Shown here in pieces: positions 51,590 to 60,170 of a stretch of 64,000 nt of DNA (within the stretch, counting starts at the first letter, position 1; the number at the start of each line of letters is the position of its first letter). A program made the position numbers and the translations under genes. Origin of the DNA: Candidatus Neptunichlamydia sp. (lineage in GTDB: Bacteria; Chlamydiota; Chlamydiia; Chlamydiales; Simkaniaceae); contig OZ247587.1 in NCBI GenBank assembly GCA_965233865.1, positions 32,001-96,000 on the forward strand, given 5' to 3'. The notes beneath the pieces are model-generated. The model made no database searches. It was not told the DNA's origin and saw only the letters and a list, made by a program, of their open reading frames with translations.

Positions 51590-52675
51590 TTGAAAGATTA
51601 TCATAATTTCCAGATTTGCCAGACGGCCACAGCAGTCCTTGGGGCTGCTTTATCGGACCTCATTCCCCAAGGATACCTTTTAAAGGGAGGTGCTGCAGGC
51701 TCCACCTTTTACTATGATATTGTCATGGGAGAGGCTCTCACAGAGGTGATGCTTCCACATCTAGAAAATCGGATGAGGGAGATCACATTAAAAGATCACC
51801 CCGTTAAGCTTCATGAGATGATTCCTTCGAATGCACTCGAGTTTTTTCGTCATAATCGCCGCTACTATCCCGCACATTTTGTTCAGCAAGCTCAAGGCCC
51901 CCTAGTGCAGGTAGTTCAAATCGATGCTTTTATTGATCTTGTAGAAGGGGAGTTTTTGGAAAAAACAGGTGAGCTAAGTCCTTTTAAACTCATAAAAATT
52001 GAAGAACGACTACCCCTACGTTTTCGGAAACAAGAGAAGCTAGTCTGTCGTGTTATAGGGCAGCTTAAAGTAGATGAGAAACGTCCTGTAAACCCCTTTA
52101 AGTTAGGAGAAGAACTAGGTCTTTTCGATGTTAGTATTAGTCGTGGCGCCGATTTCCTTGAAAAAAACAACCTATGTTGGAGAAAAAGAGGCGAAGCTTT
52201 ATTTTTCGAGCTGTATAAAAAGTGGCGAAAAGCTCATTTACAAGAGGGATTTGAATTAGTGGTTGGAGGGGCTTTAAGCTCAGGGCTCTCTGCAGAGTTT
52301 TTTCGTTCAAAGGAATGTCACTTTGACTTAGTGACGACAGTTTGTCTAGAAAAAGATTTACTCCTTTCTTTTCAAAAATGTATGAAAATTATTGAAAAAC
52401 TTTCTCTCATAGAGGGGGAGTGGAATGGGACTAGCCCCGAAACATTTCAAGAAACGTTTCGGGCGCTCAAAGTGGAGTGGAAAAAGGGAAAAGAGATCAG
52501 GATTGAAAGAAAAAAATCTTTTTTAACCGCGCAAAAAAACAAGGGATCCTATACTATAGTGCACTCAGTTTTCCCCTGCATGCAGCAGATGGTACTGCAT
52601 GTTTTAGCAGATAGTGAAAAAGATCTATCGCAAAAAAAAGAGTTATTGAGTATAGTGGCCGTTTGTGATGAATAG
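51590..52675 (+). CDS. Degenerate threonyl-tRNA synthetase-like protein (editing domain plus eroded catalytic domain; active residues absent)
   Basis: TFYYD, LENRMREI, DLVEGEF, FKLGEELGLF and WRKRG align by eye with ThrRS; located directly before infC; TTG start after the tRNA. Confidence 0.75.
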   Translation: MKDYHNFQICQTATAVLGAALSDLIPQGYLLKGGAAGSTFYYDIVMGEALTEVMLPHLENRMREITLKDHPVKLHEMIPSNALEFFRHNRRYYPAHFVQQAQGPLVQVVQIDAFIDLVEGEFLEKTGELSPFKLIKIEERLPLRFRKQEKLVCRVIGQLKVDEKRPVNPFKLGEELGLFDVSISRGADFLEKNNLCWRKRGEALFFELYKKWRKAHLQEGFELVVGGALSSGLSAEFFRSKECHFDLVTTVCLEKDLLLSFQKCMKIIEKLSLIEGEWNGTSPETFQETFRALKVEWKKGKEIRIERKKSFLTAQKNKGSYTIVHSVFPCMQQMVLHVLADSEKDLSQKKELLSIVAVCDE

Positions 52676-52686
52676 GATGAAATCAT

Positions 52687-53193
52687 TTGAGAGTTAACAG
52701 AGAAATACGCGCTCCACAAGTTCGACTGATAGGAAAAGATGGGAAGCAAGTAGGCGTAGTTACGATAGATCAAGCACAAACGCAAGCAAAACAAGATGGA
52801 CTCGACCTCGTTGAGATTTCTCCGAATGCGAAACCACCTGTTTGCAAAGTTATAGATTATGGAAAATTCCGCTACCAAATGACAAAAAAAGAGCGGGAAA
52901 GTAAAAAAGCACAGCACCAGGCCAAGCTTAAAGAAGTAAAGGTCAAACCGAACATTGACGAGCATGATCTTCAAGTGAAGATTAAAAGGGCCCGAGAATT
53001 TATAGAGAAAGGGAACAAAGTACGCGTCACCTGTATGTTTCGCGGAAGAGAGATGGCTCACCAAGAATTGGGTCAGAAGGTTGCTCTTAGAATCGCTGAG
53101 GAACTCAGCGATGTCGCGCAGACCGAATCTCCTCCAAAGCAGATGGGTCGAAACTTTAGTTTGGTGCTCGCCCCATTGGGCAAGAAGAAGTAA
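52687..53193 (+). CDS. infC: Translation initiation factor IF-3
   Basis: [39 protein letters not shown] start. Confidence 0.98.
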   Translation: MRVNREIRAPQVRLIGKDGKQVGVVTIDQAQTQAKQDGLDLVEISPNAKPPVCKVIDYGKFRYQMTKKERESKKAQHQAKLKEVKVKPNIDEHDLQVKIKRAREFIEKGNKVRVTCMFRGREMAHQELGQKVALRIAEELSDVAQTESPPKQMGRNFSLVLAPLGKKK

Positions 53194-53209
53194 CAATCGG
53201 AGAAGAAAC

Positions 53210-53404
53210 GTGCCTAAAATGAAAACCAAGAAAGCGATCCGAAAGCGCTTTAAGAAGACAGGAACAGGGAAACTCATGCGGACAAAGCAGGGTCGCCGAC
53301 ACATCCTAACAAAGAAAACTTCGAAGAGGAAACGGCAGCTTAAAAAGCAAACTGTGTTGAGCGAAGCCTTTTCAAACAAATATAAGCGCTTAGCGTGCAT
53401 GTAA
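53210..53404 (+). CDS. rpmI: 50S ribosomal protein L35
   Basis: GTG start; [20 protein letters not shown]. Confidence 0.97.
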   Translation: MPKMKTKKAIRKRFKKTGTGKLMRTKQGRRHILTKKTSKRKRQLKKQTVLSEAFSNKYKRLACM

Positions 53405-53420
53405 AAGGAGAAAGGGAATT

Positions 53421-53780
53421 ATGGTAAGAGTAAGAAGTAGAGTCGCTTCAAGAAAGCGTCGCAAAAGATTATTAAAGAGAGCAAAAGGGTTTGTTGGAGA
53501 CAGAAAAAATCACGTCCGACTTACTCAAGATGCAGTGATGAAAGCCATGGCCTTTAGCACCATGCACAGAAAGAAAAAGAAAGGGGACTTTCGTCGCCTG
53601 TGGATCACCCGTATCGGAGTGGCTGCAAAGGCTCAAGGGATTTCCTATAGTCGCCTGATTAACGGACTGACCAAAGCGGGAGTCTCTATCGATCGGAAGA
53701 TGCTTTCTGATATCGCCATTCGTGACCCCAAAAGTTTTGCGGCGGTTGCGGATACTGCAAAAGTAGCACTCGCCTCATAA
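53421..53780 (+). CDS. rplT: 50S ribosomal protein L20
   Basis: KRAKGF, FRRLWITRI, DRKMLSDIA. Confidence 0.98.
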   Translation: MVRVRSRVASRKRRKRLLKRAKGFVGDRKNHVRLTQDAVMKAMAFSTMHRKKKKGDFRRLWITRIGVAAKAQGISYSRLINGLTKAGVSIDRKMLSDIAIRDPKSFAAVADTAKVALAS

Positions 53781-53820
53781 AAACATTCTAAAGCCCCCGA
53801 TATTCGGGGGCAAGTTACCT

Positions 53821-54843
53821 ATGAAACAAAAAATCGAATCTCTCAAAAAATCTTTCAAATCTGAAATTGAAAATGCGACTGTTGCAAAAGATTTAGAGCA
53901 GATCCGTATCAAATATCTTGGAAAGAAAAGCCCTATTCAAGCCCTTATGCAAGACCTGAAGAATTGCACCGCTGAAGAGCGTCCCGAAATGGGAAAACTG
54001 ATTAATACCTTGAAGCAAGAAGTTTCAAAGGAGATTGATATCCACTACGAAACGTTTCAATCAAAAGAACTTTCTCTTAGACTGGTAGCGGAAAAAGTTG
54101 ATGTGACACTTCCTGGGCGTCGCTCAAATTCAGGTGGAATGCATCCTATTTCTCAAATGCTGACGGAAGTCACAGAGATTTTAATAGGGATGGGATTTTC
54201 TGTTCAGGAGTGCCCAGAGATTGAAACTGAATACTACAACTATGGAGGACTTAACTATCCTCCTGACCATCCAGCAAGAGATATGCAGGATACCTTCTAC
54301 ATTACCCCTGATATTCTCCTTCGCTCTCACACCACTTCGATTCAACAGCATATGATGGAGAATGTCCAGCCCCCCATTAGGATTCTATCTCCTGGAAAAT
54401 GCTACCGCAATGAGACCATTACCTCTCGTTCCCATGTTTTTTTTCATCAGGTTGATGTCCTTTATATAGATAAAGACGTGACTTTTTCCGACTTATTAGC
54501 AACAAAAGAAGAATTCTATACAAAAATATTTAAACAGAAAATTGATCTTCGAGTCCGACCGAGCTACTTCCCTTTTGTTGAGCCGGGGATGGAAATTGAT
54601 ATTAAATGTACCAGCTGTGCAGGAAGCGGGTGCGTGCTTTGCAAGCATACGGGGTGGCTTGAGGTTGCTGGAGCTGGGATGGTCCACCCAAAAGTCTTAA
54701 GAGAGGGAGGGATTGATCCTGAAGTTTACTCCGGCTATGCCTGGGGGGGGGGGATTGAAAGACTTTTTATGCTCCGCCATGGGATCAATGATATCCGTCT
54801 TTTCACCGAGAATGATAGCCGTTTTCTCTCCCAATTCAGATAA
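53821..54843 (+). CDS. pheS: Phenylalanine--tRNA ligase alpha subunit
   Basis: HPARDMQDTFY, LLRSHTT, FHQVD, YFPFVEP, GIERL. Confidence 0.98.
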   Translation: MKQKIESLKKSFKSEIENATVAKDLEQIRIKYLGKKSPIQALMQDLKNCTAEERPEMGKLINTLKQEVSKEIDIHYETFQSKELSLRLVAEKVDVTLPGRRSNSGGMHPISQMLTEVTEILIGMGFSVQECPEIETEYYNYGGLNYPPDHPARDMQDTFYITPDILLRSHTTSIQQHMMENVQPPIRILSPGKCYRNETITSRSHVFFHQVDVLYIDKDVTFSDLLATKEEFYTKIFKQKIDLRVRPSYFPFVEPGMEIDIKCTSCAGSGCVLCKHTGWLEVAGAGMVHPKVLREGGIDPEVYSGYAWGGGIERLFMLRHGINDIRLFTENDSRFLSQFR

Positions 54844-54875
54844 GCCATAAAGAATAAATTTTTAATAAAACTTTC

Positions 54876-54905
54876 TTGCCATTTAGAGCCGGTAAAGATT
54901 ATACT
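54876..54905 (+). promoter_or_regulatory. Sigma66/70 promoter of tRNA-Ser
   Basis: TTGCCA-18 nt-TATACT with an AT-rich upstream tract. Confidence 0.65.
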
Positions 54906-54929
54906 CCCATCTCAACAATTGCGTATTAT

Positions 54930-55014
54930 GGAAGAGTGGCAGAGTGGCCGAATGCGTCTGTCTTGAAAACAGAAGTCCTGCAAGGGACCGGGGGTTCGAA
55001 TCCCTCCTCTTCCG
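54930..55014 (+). tRNA. tRNA-Ser(TGA)
   Basis: GGAAGAG/CTCTTCC acceptor stem, TCTGT-CTTGAAA-ACAGA anticodon arm, long variable arm GTCCTGCAAGGGAC. Confidence 0.96.
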
Positions 55015-55341
55015 TTTCTTAAATCTATCCATAACACATTCTCCCTTCAGCGTTTGCAATTAAAAAGCATAAAAAATATTGCTGCGTTGCTCTGCTTTAA
55101 AATGGAAAAAATGCCAAAAAAAGCACATTTTAAGCACAGCAATCATTTAGAGATGCTTTTATAAGGAGCTTTTGGAAAAAACATCTTGAGAAAGTCCCTC
55201 CATTGCATCAAGGGAAAAGGGGACCTATCCGATAGATGGTCCTTTGCCTCTTTCTGCTCATTAATGTTCTTTTATAAATGGCATTGAATATATTTGAAAA
55301 CCATTATAGAGTGAAAAATTGAGATAGAATGAAGGAAAATC

Positions 55342-55781
55342 ATGAAGCGACTTGAGCCCGGCATCAAAAAAATCCTGGGAAAAAGAGAGATTACTACAGG
55401 GTACAGATTCGACTTAAAGGACATAAGCACCTGTCAAGAAATTTTGATAAATATCAAGATGCAAGGAACTAGCGCTATGAAACAATAGAGGCAATGCAAT
55501 CTCACCGTCCTTATGAGACAACTCAAATGCGTCGAATGACCCTTGGGGATTTAATCGATAGATATATTGCTTCAGAAATGGATGAAGAGTCGAGTAACTA
55601 TCAAACACGGCTTGGACAGCCTCAGTGGTGGAAAGAGGAGATTGGTCACCGTAGGTTAACACAAGTCACAGAAGACCTTATCTGTCAGTGTCGGGATAAA
55701 TTACTCAAGATGAAAGACCAATTTGGTCGGTTTCGCTCAAAACCCATATGTATAGTCACCTTGTTTTGGACCAATCGATAG
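55342..55781 (+). pseudogene. Phage-type tyrosine integrase, N-terminal remnant
   Basis: MKRLEPGIK / frameshift at the A7 run 55366-55372 / YYRVQIRLKGHKHLSRNFDKYQDARN*(TAG 55470)...TLGDLIDRY...WWKEEIG; no catalytic domain. Confidence 0.75.
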
Positions 55782-55903
55782 AAGCTATTAATCGTTTTGG
55801 AGACTTCTTATCCGGCGAGGTATCAGTGTTCATTTAAATTTAGTATTGATAAAATTAGGGCAGTAATGTATGTCTAAAATTTATAAGAAAAAATGGTGAT
55901 AAT

Positions 55904-56875
55904 ATGACTCAATCTCCAAACCTAAAACTCCAAATTGAAGAGCTATCAGGGCTCTTTTTCAAAAGAGATAGTGAAATCAATCGCATTAGACATGAGTGGA
56001 ATGAGGCTCTTCTTGCACGACCTCTGGAACTTATCATAGATTTTTGGATTGAGCAGGTAACAGAAAAGAAAAAACTAAGCAAAGAAACGGCTCACAACTA
56101 CCAAAGATATTTAAAAGATCTTCGAGCAAAGGGAATCCTACCAAAAAACGTTGAAGACGGCTCTCCCTTTACCTTGGAAGTGTTTAAATCGAACAGTCAA
56201 ACTGTCTTCAAAGCACTTTTAAATTATCCAGATCTTACTCAGCAGGAAAAACGATTCCGTCTAAATGCCCTCACATCCTTTGTAAACTTTTTAAATGAAA
56301 TCACCACTGGGGTCATCCGTAAACTCTCGATCCCTAAAGAGCTGGAGCTTAAGAAAACGGTACGCTCTACGGCTCCAAGAGTTCTTACTTTGACAGAGTG
56401 GCATCAGTTTTGGACTGCTTTAGAAAAGATCTCTTTCAGAGATTGTCTAATAGCAAAGATCATGCATTTCACAGCCCGTCCTCTTCTAAGGGTGCTTGAG
56501 TTAAAGACGACCAATTTAAAATATGAAGCAAATGTACAAGTTACCTTTAATAAAACTGATGGTCGTGATTGCGTGATACAGCTCGATTCAAAAATGAAAG
56601 ATGATCTTGAAAAATATCTCGAAAGCACCAAGAGTGCTCGTCTAGGAAACGATCAAACCCTTTTTATCACTTCACAAGGAAAACCGATCTATCGCACTCA
56701 TCTGACTCAAGTCTTTAAAAGAGCTAGCTTAGAAGCAGACCTTGGATTTTTTGTAAGCGCGAAAATGATTCAATGGTCACACGTCTACGATATGTTAAAC
56801 AGAATGAACTTCAGTAAAGCGCTGATTACTGAAAAATTGAAATTAAAAAATTTATCTAAACATTTGGAGGTTTAG
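55904..56875 (+). CDS. Tyrosine-recombinase-fold protein resembling chlamydial plasmid integrases Pgp7/Pgp8, probably inactive
   Basis: LSKETAHNY, RLNALTSFVNFLN, EWHQFWTALEKISFRDCLIAKIM..TARP...VLEL, LFITSQGKP; no HxxR motif and no C-terminal Tyr. Confidence 0.75.
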   Translation: MTQSPNLKLQIEELSGLFFKRDSEINRIRHEWNEALLARPLELIIDFWIEQVTEKKKLSKETAHNYQRYLKDLRAKGILPKNVEDGSPFTLEVFKSNSQTVFKALLNYPDLTQQEKRFRLNALTSFVNFLNEITTGVIRKLSIPKELELKKTVRSTAPRVLTLTEWHQFWTALEKISFRDCLIAKIMHFTARPLLRVLELKTTNLKYEANVQVTFNKTDGRDCVIQLDSKMKDDLEKYLESTKSARLGNDQTLFITSQGKPIYRTHLTQVFKRASLEADLGFFVSAKMIQWSHVYDMLNRMNFSKALITEKLKLKNLSKHLEV

Positions 56876-57207
56876 CAATAAAAACAGGAGAAAAAGGAAT
56901 GCCCGCATGCGCCAACATACGGGCAAACTGGAAGTAGTTATTCTAGGCTCTTTCTCTCCCCAATTACCCAACATAGATCTATTAGAGTCAAACACAATGT
57001 GTATTGATTTTAGTCGATCACGGTGTTCTTTTTGCTAAGCCTCCTTAACAAAGGAGAATTCCATTCGCTAGTTACTTTACAAGCAGCCAGAAGGCCTGGA
57101 AGAATGCCTTGTCAGGCTATCAAACAGAATTTTTATTAGAGAGAGGGAATTTTTTCATTTTCTCTCTTTCCAAGGCAAAACAAATCCAATCGAGAGGGAG
57201 TAGAGTT

Positions 57208-57519
57208 ATGTACACAACAGATAATATGCAAGAGCTGTGGAAGCGAGAAATTTATAACGCACTTCCTGAACACTTGAACGAGAAAGATCTTGTGGCCTGG
57301 GGGTTTTATAAAAGTTTGCATGCTCTGCGCCAAGACCGGCAGGAAGGATTTAGCCCTCTTTTTAGAAGAAATGAAGAAGGTCAAAACATCTATTTAAAGG
57401 ATGATCTCGTTAGGTGGTCAGAGGTGTCTTCTAAACCAGGCCGAATCCTTTCCTTTCCAAAACAAGAAAAGAAAAAATATCAAAATAAGGAAGAAGTGCA
57501 GCTCACCTTTTTTGATTAG
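57208..57519 (+). CDS. Excisionase/AlpA-like HTH DNA-binding protein
   Basis: LPEHLNEKDL...SLHALRQDRQEG.SP.F...IYLKDDLVRW; SD GAGGGAG; position before the primase. Confidence 0.7.
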   Translation: MYTTDNMQELWKREIYNALPEHLNEKDLVAWGFYKSLHALRQDRQEGFSPLFRRNEEGQNIYLKDDLVRWSEVSSKPGRILSFPKQEKKKYQNKEEVQLTFFD

Positions 57520-57577
57520 AAACGGAGCGTTGGAGCACTCTTTCAGCGCCTAAATTTAATCGTCAATAAATAGCAGT

Positions 57578-59869
57578 ATGGAATTTAACATGTTTATAGC
57601 CAATGGAACTGACACACAAGATAGAAGAGATCTCGAAATGAAAGGTGCAGCTTTTTATGAGTTTACTCAACAACCTCTCTGAGTTATCAGCGCAAAAACA
57701 GGAGAGCCCAAGCAGCTCAATGGTAAGTATGCTAAATCCAACGATTCAACAACTTGGCATAGTCACTCTGAAGTTCTTAGCAAATGTTCAAAAGAAGAAT
57801 TTCCAGCACTCGCATTACAAAAGGAGTCTCATCTGGTTTTTATAGATTTGGATAATGTCCGTAATCCAGATACTGGCCACATTCTTCCATGGGCTGATGA
57901 GCTCATTAGACAATTAAATAGCTACACTGAAATCAGCCGTTCGAATTCAGGCATCCATATTTTCCTGTATGGACAAGCCCCCCTTTTAGAAAATGAAAAG
58001 TTGCGTTGCAAAGCATCAAATATCCTAGGGACATGCCCTGATTTCGAAATATTTTTTAAAAATAAATTTGCAACGATTACCGGAAACATTCTTGTCGATC
58101 AACCAATTCGTCAAGTGGCGAAAAATGAAATCCTTCAAATTTACCGAATGTTTTTCCCAAAAGATACATTCGAAGACATATCTGCTCAAAAACTAGAAAA
58201 CAGCCCGAGCATGACGAATGAAGAATTGCTGGAGCGGGCACGCCATGCAAAGAATGGTCGACGCTTTAGCGACCTTTATGATCGCGGCAGCTGGAATAGT
58301 CGTTACAGTAGCGCATCAGAGGCAGATATGGCATTGACTGGTATGCTGGCATTTTATAGTCAGAAAGAAGAGCAGTTGATAGAGTTGCTGATGGCATCAG
58401 CGCTTTATCGAGAAAAATGGAAAGAAAGAGAGAACTACCTTCCAACTCTCGTTCAAAAAGTGTTAAGCACAGCTCAAGGAACCTTCCAATCTCCTTCAAT
58501 ACGCATCAAGATATTAGCAAAAGAAATTTTGAAAGAGGAAAATCCTTGTAAAGATTTTAGCTTGGGTCTTTTCCCATCCTGCGTAAAAGAATACGTGTGC
58601 TCTATAACAGAGCACTGTGAGGCGCATCCCATTACGACACTAGGATCTGTTTTAAGCATAACCTCAAGTTATGGGAGTCGATGCTATGTCGATTACTTTA
58701 GGAAACTCTTTCCCAACACTTATCAACTGAATTTAAAAGCTTCAGGAGGAGGCAAATCAACTGCACTCAACAAAGGAGCACACTATGCTCTGATTAGAGA
58801 ACAAGAAATCGCTAAGGATCTCAAAATCCGCATTGATAATGCCGCTGCACAAGAAAGTAAAAAAGACGAACAGAAACAGATCAAAGAAGCGCTTAAGCAG
58901 CGCGCTAACCTCTCAAGACTTATGCCTTCACGAACAACTGCCCAAAGATTATTTACAGACCTTGGAAACGGTCATAGAGGAGTCGTGCTTCTATCGGAAT
59001 TTAGTGGATGGCTTGATGATTTAGAGGTTAACTATAATGCTACGATAAAAGTCACATTAACAGAGCTTTATGACTGTCCAGAGTTCTTTGAAGTTAGGCT
59101 TAAAAGTAACATTCAGGCTCCTGAGATCCTGATTAATCCTTTTTTCGGGATTATGGGGGTCTGTACCCCAGAATGGATTGAAGGGAAGCTAAAATCTGAG
59201 GATATTTTTAAGGGCTTTCTGGCTCGGTTTTTGCTTTTTTGGATAAAAGATAAGCCCAAAAAGCCAAGAGCTTTGTCCGGCAGTAAATGGGTTCCCCCAG
59301 AATCATTAAAAAACGCCCTTGAAAAGGCAGAGCAATTTGAAGGGGAATATTTTCTCCGAGAAGAAGCTGAAATCGTATTTGTCATGATCTACGATTATCT
59401 TTGGGATAGCCTTTTAACCGATTTCCCTCTTGAAGAGCAGTTTGCTATTATTGAACCTTTTCTAAAACGATGGATTCTATCAATTTTGAAAATAGCCTTA
59501 GCATTTCATCTGCTCGAAGAACCAGAAAATCGTAACATTGCAGCCCGGCATGTTCAAGCAGGTGCCTATTATGTCGGATTTGCCATTAGTAGTACTCTTC
59601 ACATATTAAAAAGTGGACTCTTTGGTAGCCAATTTGATAGAGACTGTCAATCAGTGATAAAATTTTTCGCTGAAAGAGGGGGTTCTGTAATGCGAAAAGA
59701 TATTCTAAAGGCAAAGCGACTCAAACAAGGAAGGAAGTATGCTGGTGTGCAGACTTATGATGACATTCTTGACTTCCTGTTAGAGAGCGGGCAACTTGCA
59801 GTTAAAGAGTGCCAAGCAAAAAGTAAGAGGACCTATAGACTCAGCGTTGAAAAAGGGAGTGGAAAATGA
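57578..59869 (+). pseudogene. Prim-pol (NrS-1-like) fused to a DUF3987/YfjI-type P-loop helicase, with one in-frame TGA
   Basis: ATG 57578, TGA at 57680-57682, then AKSNDSTTW, VFIDLD, YTEISRSNSGIHIF, SASEADMAL, ASGGGKST, LLSEFSG, GFLARFL; the downstream ORF 57848-59869 is in the same frame. Confidence 0.8.
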
Positions 59870-59879
59870 GGAGCATCGT

Positions 59880-60142
59880 TCGAAAGCAATCGAAACGCTT
59901 TTCGATTCAACATGACAACCCCATAGTTCTTATTTTCAACAATATACATCCTATTCAATTAGAAGATCGAAAAGTCGAAAGGGTAGAGAGCATTTTTTTC
60001 ATTTTCAAACTTTTCTTAAACCTATCCGCATTTCGATTTTTCGATCACCATAAAATTTCTTTTTCTTTCATATCATACAATCTTGACTATCAAAAAATTA
60101 ACGAACTTTTCATTAGTCGAAATAGGCTTCGATTGCTTTCGA
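59880..60142. repeat. Nested inverted repeats of TCGA iterons, candidate replication origin
   Basis: Perfect 15-bp IR 59880-59894/60128-60142 and 15/16 IR 59965-59980/60031-60046; ten TCGA cores arranged 3+2/2+3. Confidence 0.8.
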
Positions 60143-60170
60143 TTCCTTTCCTTCAAGGGGAACTTTCTCT

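Noticed and set aside
52675..52690. Non-canonical ATT start for infC
   Set aside because: The ATT at 52685 is out of frame; the in-frame start is TTG 52687
2031..54687. Numerous antisense and off-frame ORFs within housekeeping genes (e.g. 4338-4892, 25179-25835, 35480-36124, 52549-53400)
   Set aside because: Shadow ORFs of well-supported genes with no motifs of their own
54990..55007. GGGGGTTCGAATCCCTCC shared by tRNA-Ser and tRNA-Trp as a possible att duplication
   Set aside because: Conserved T-arm sequence of two complete tRNAs; no attR copy seen downstream within the window
55342..59869. Alternative genetic code (stop-to-Trp recoding) in the island
   Set aside because: The two internal stops differ (TAG and TGA), both codons end other island genes, and frameshifts and deletions indicate ordinary decay
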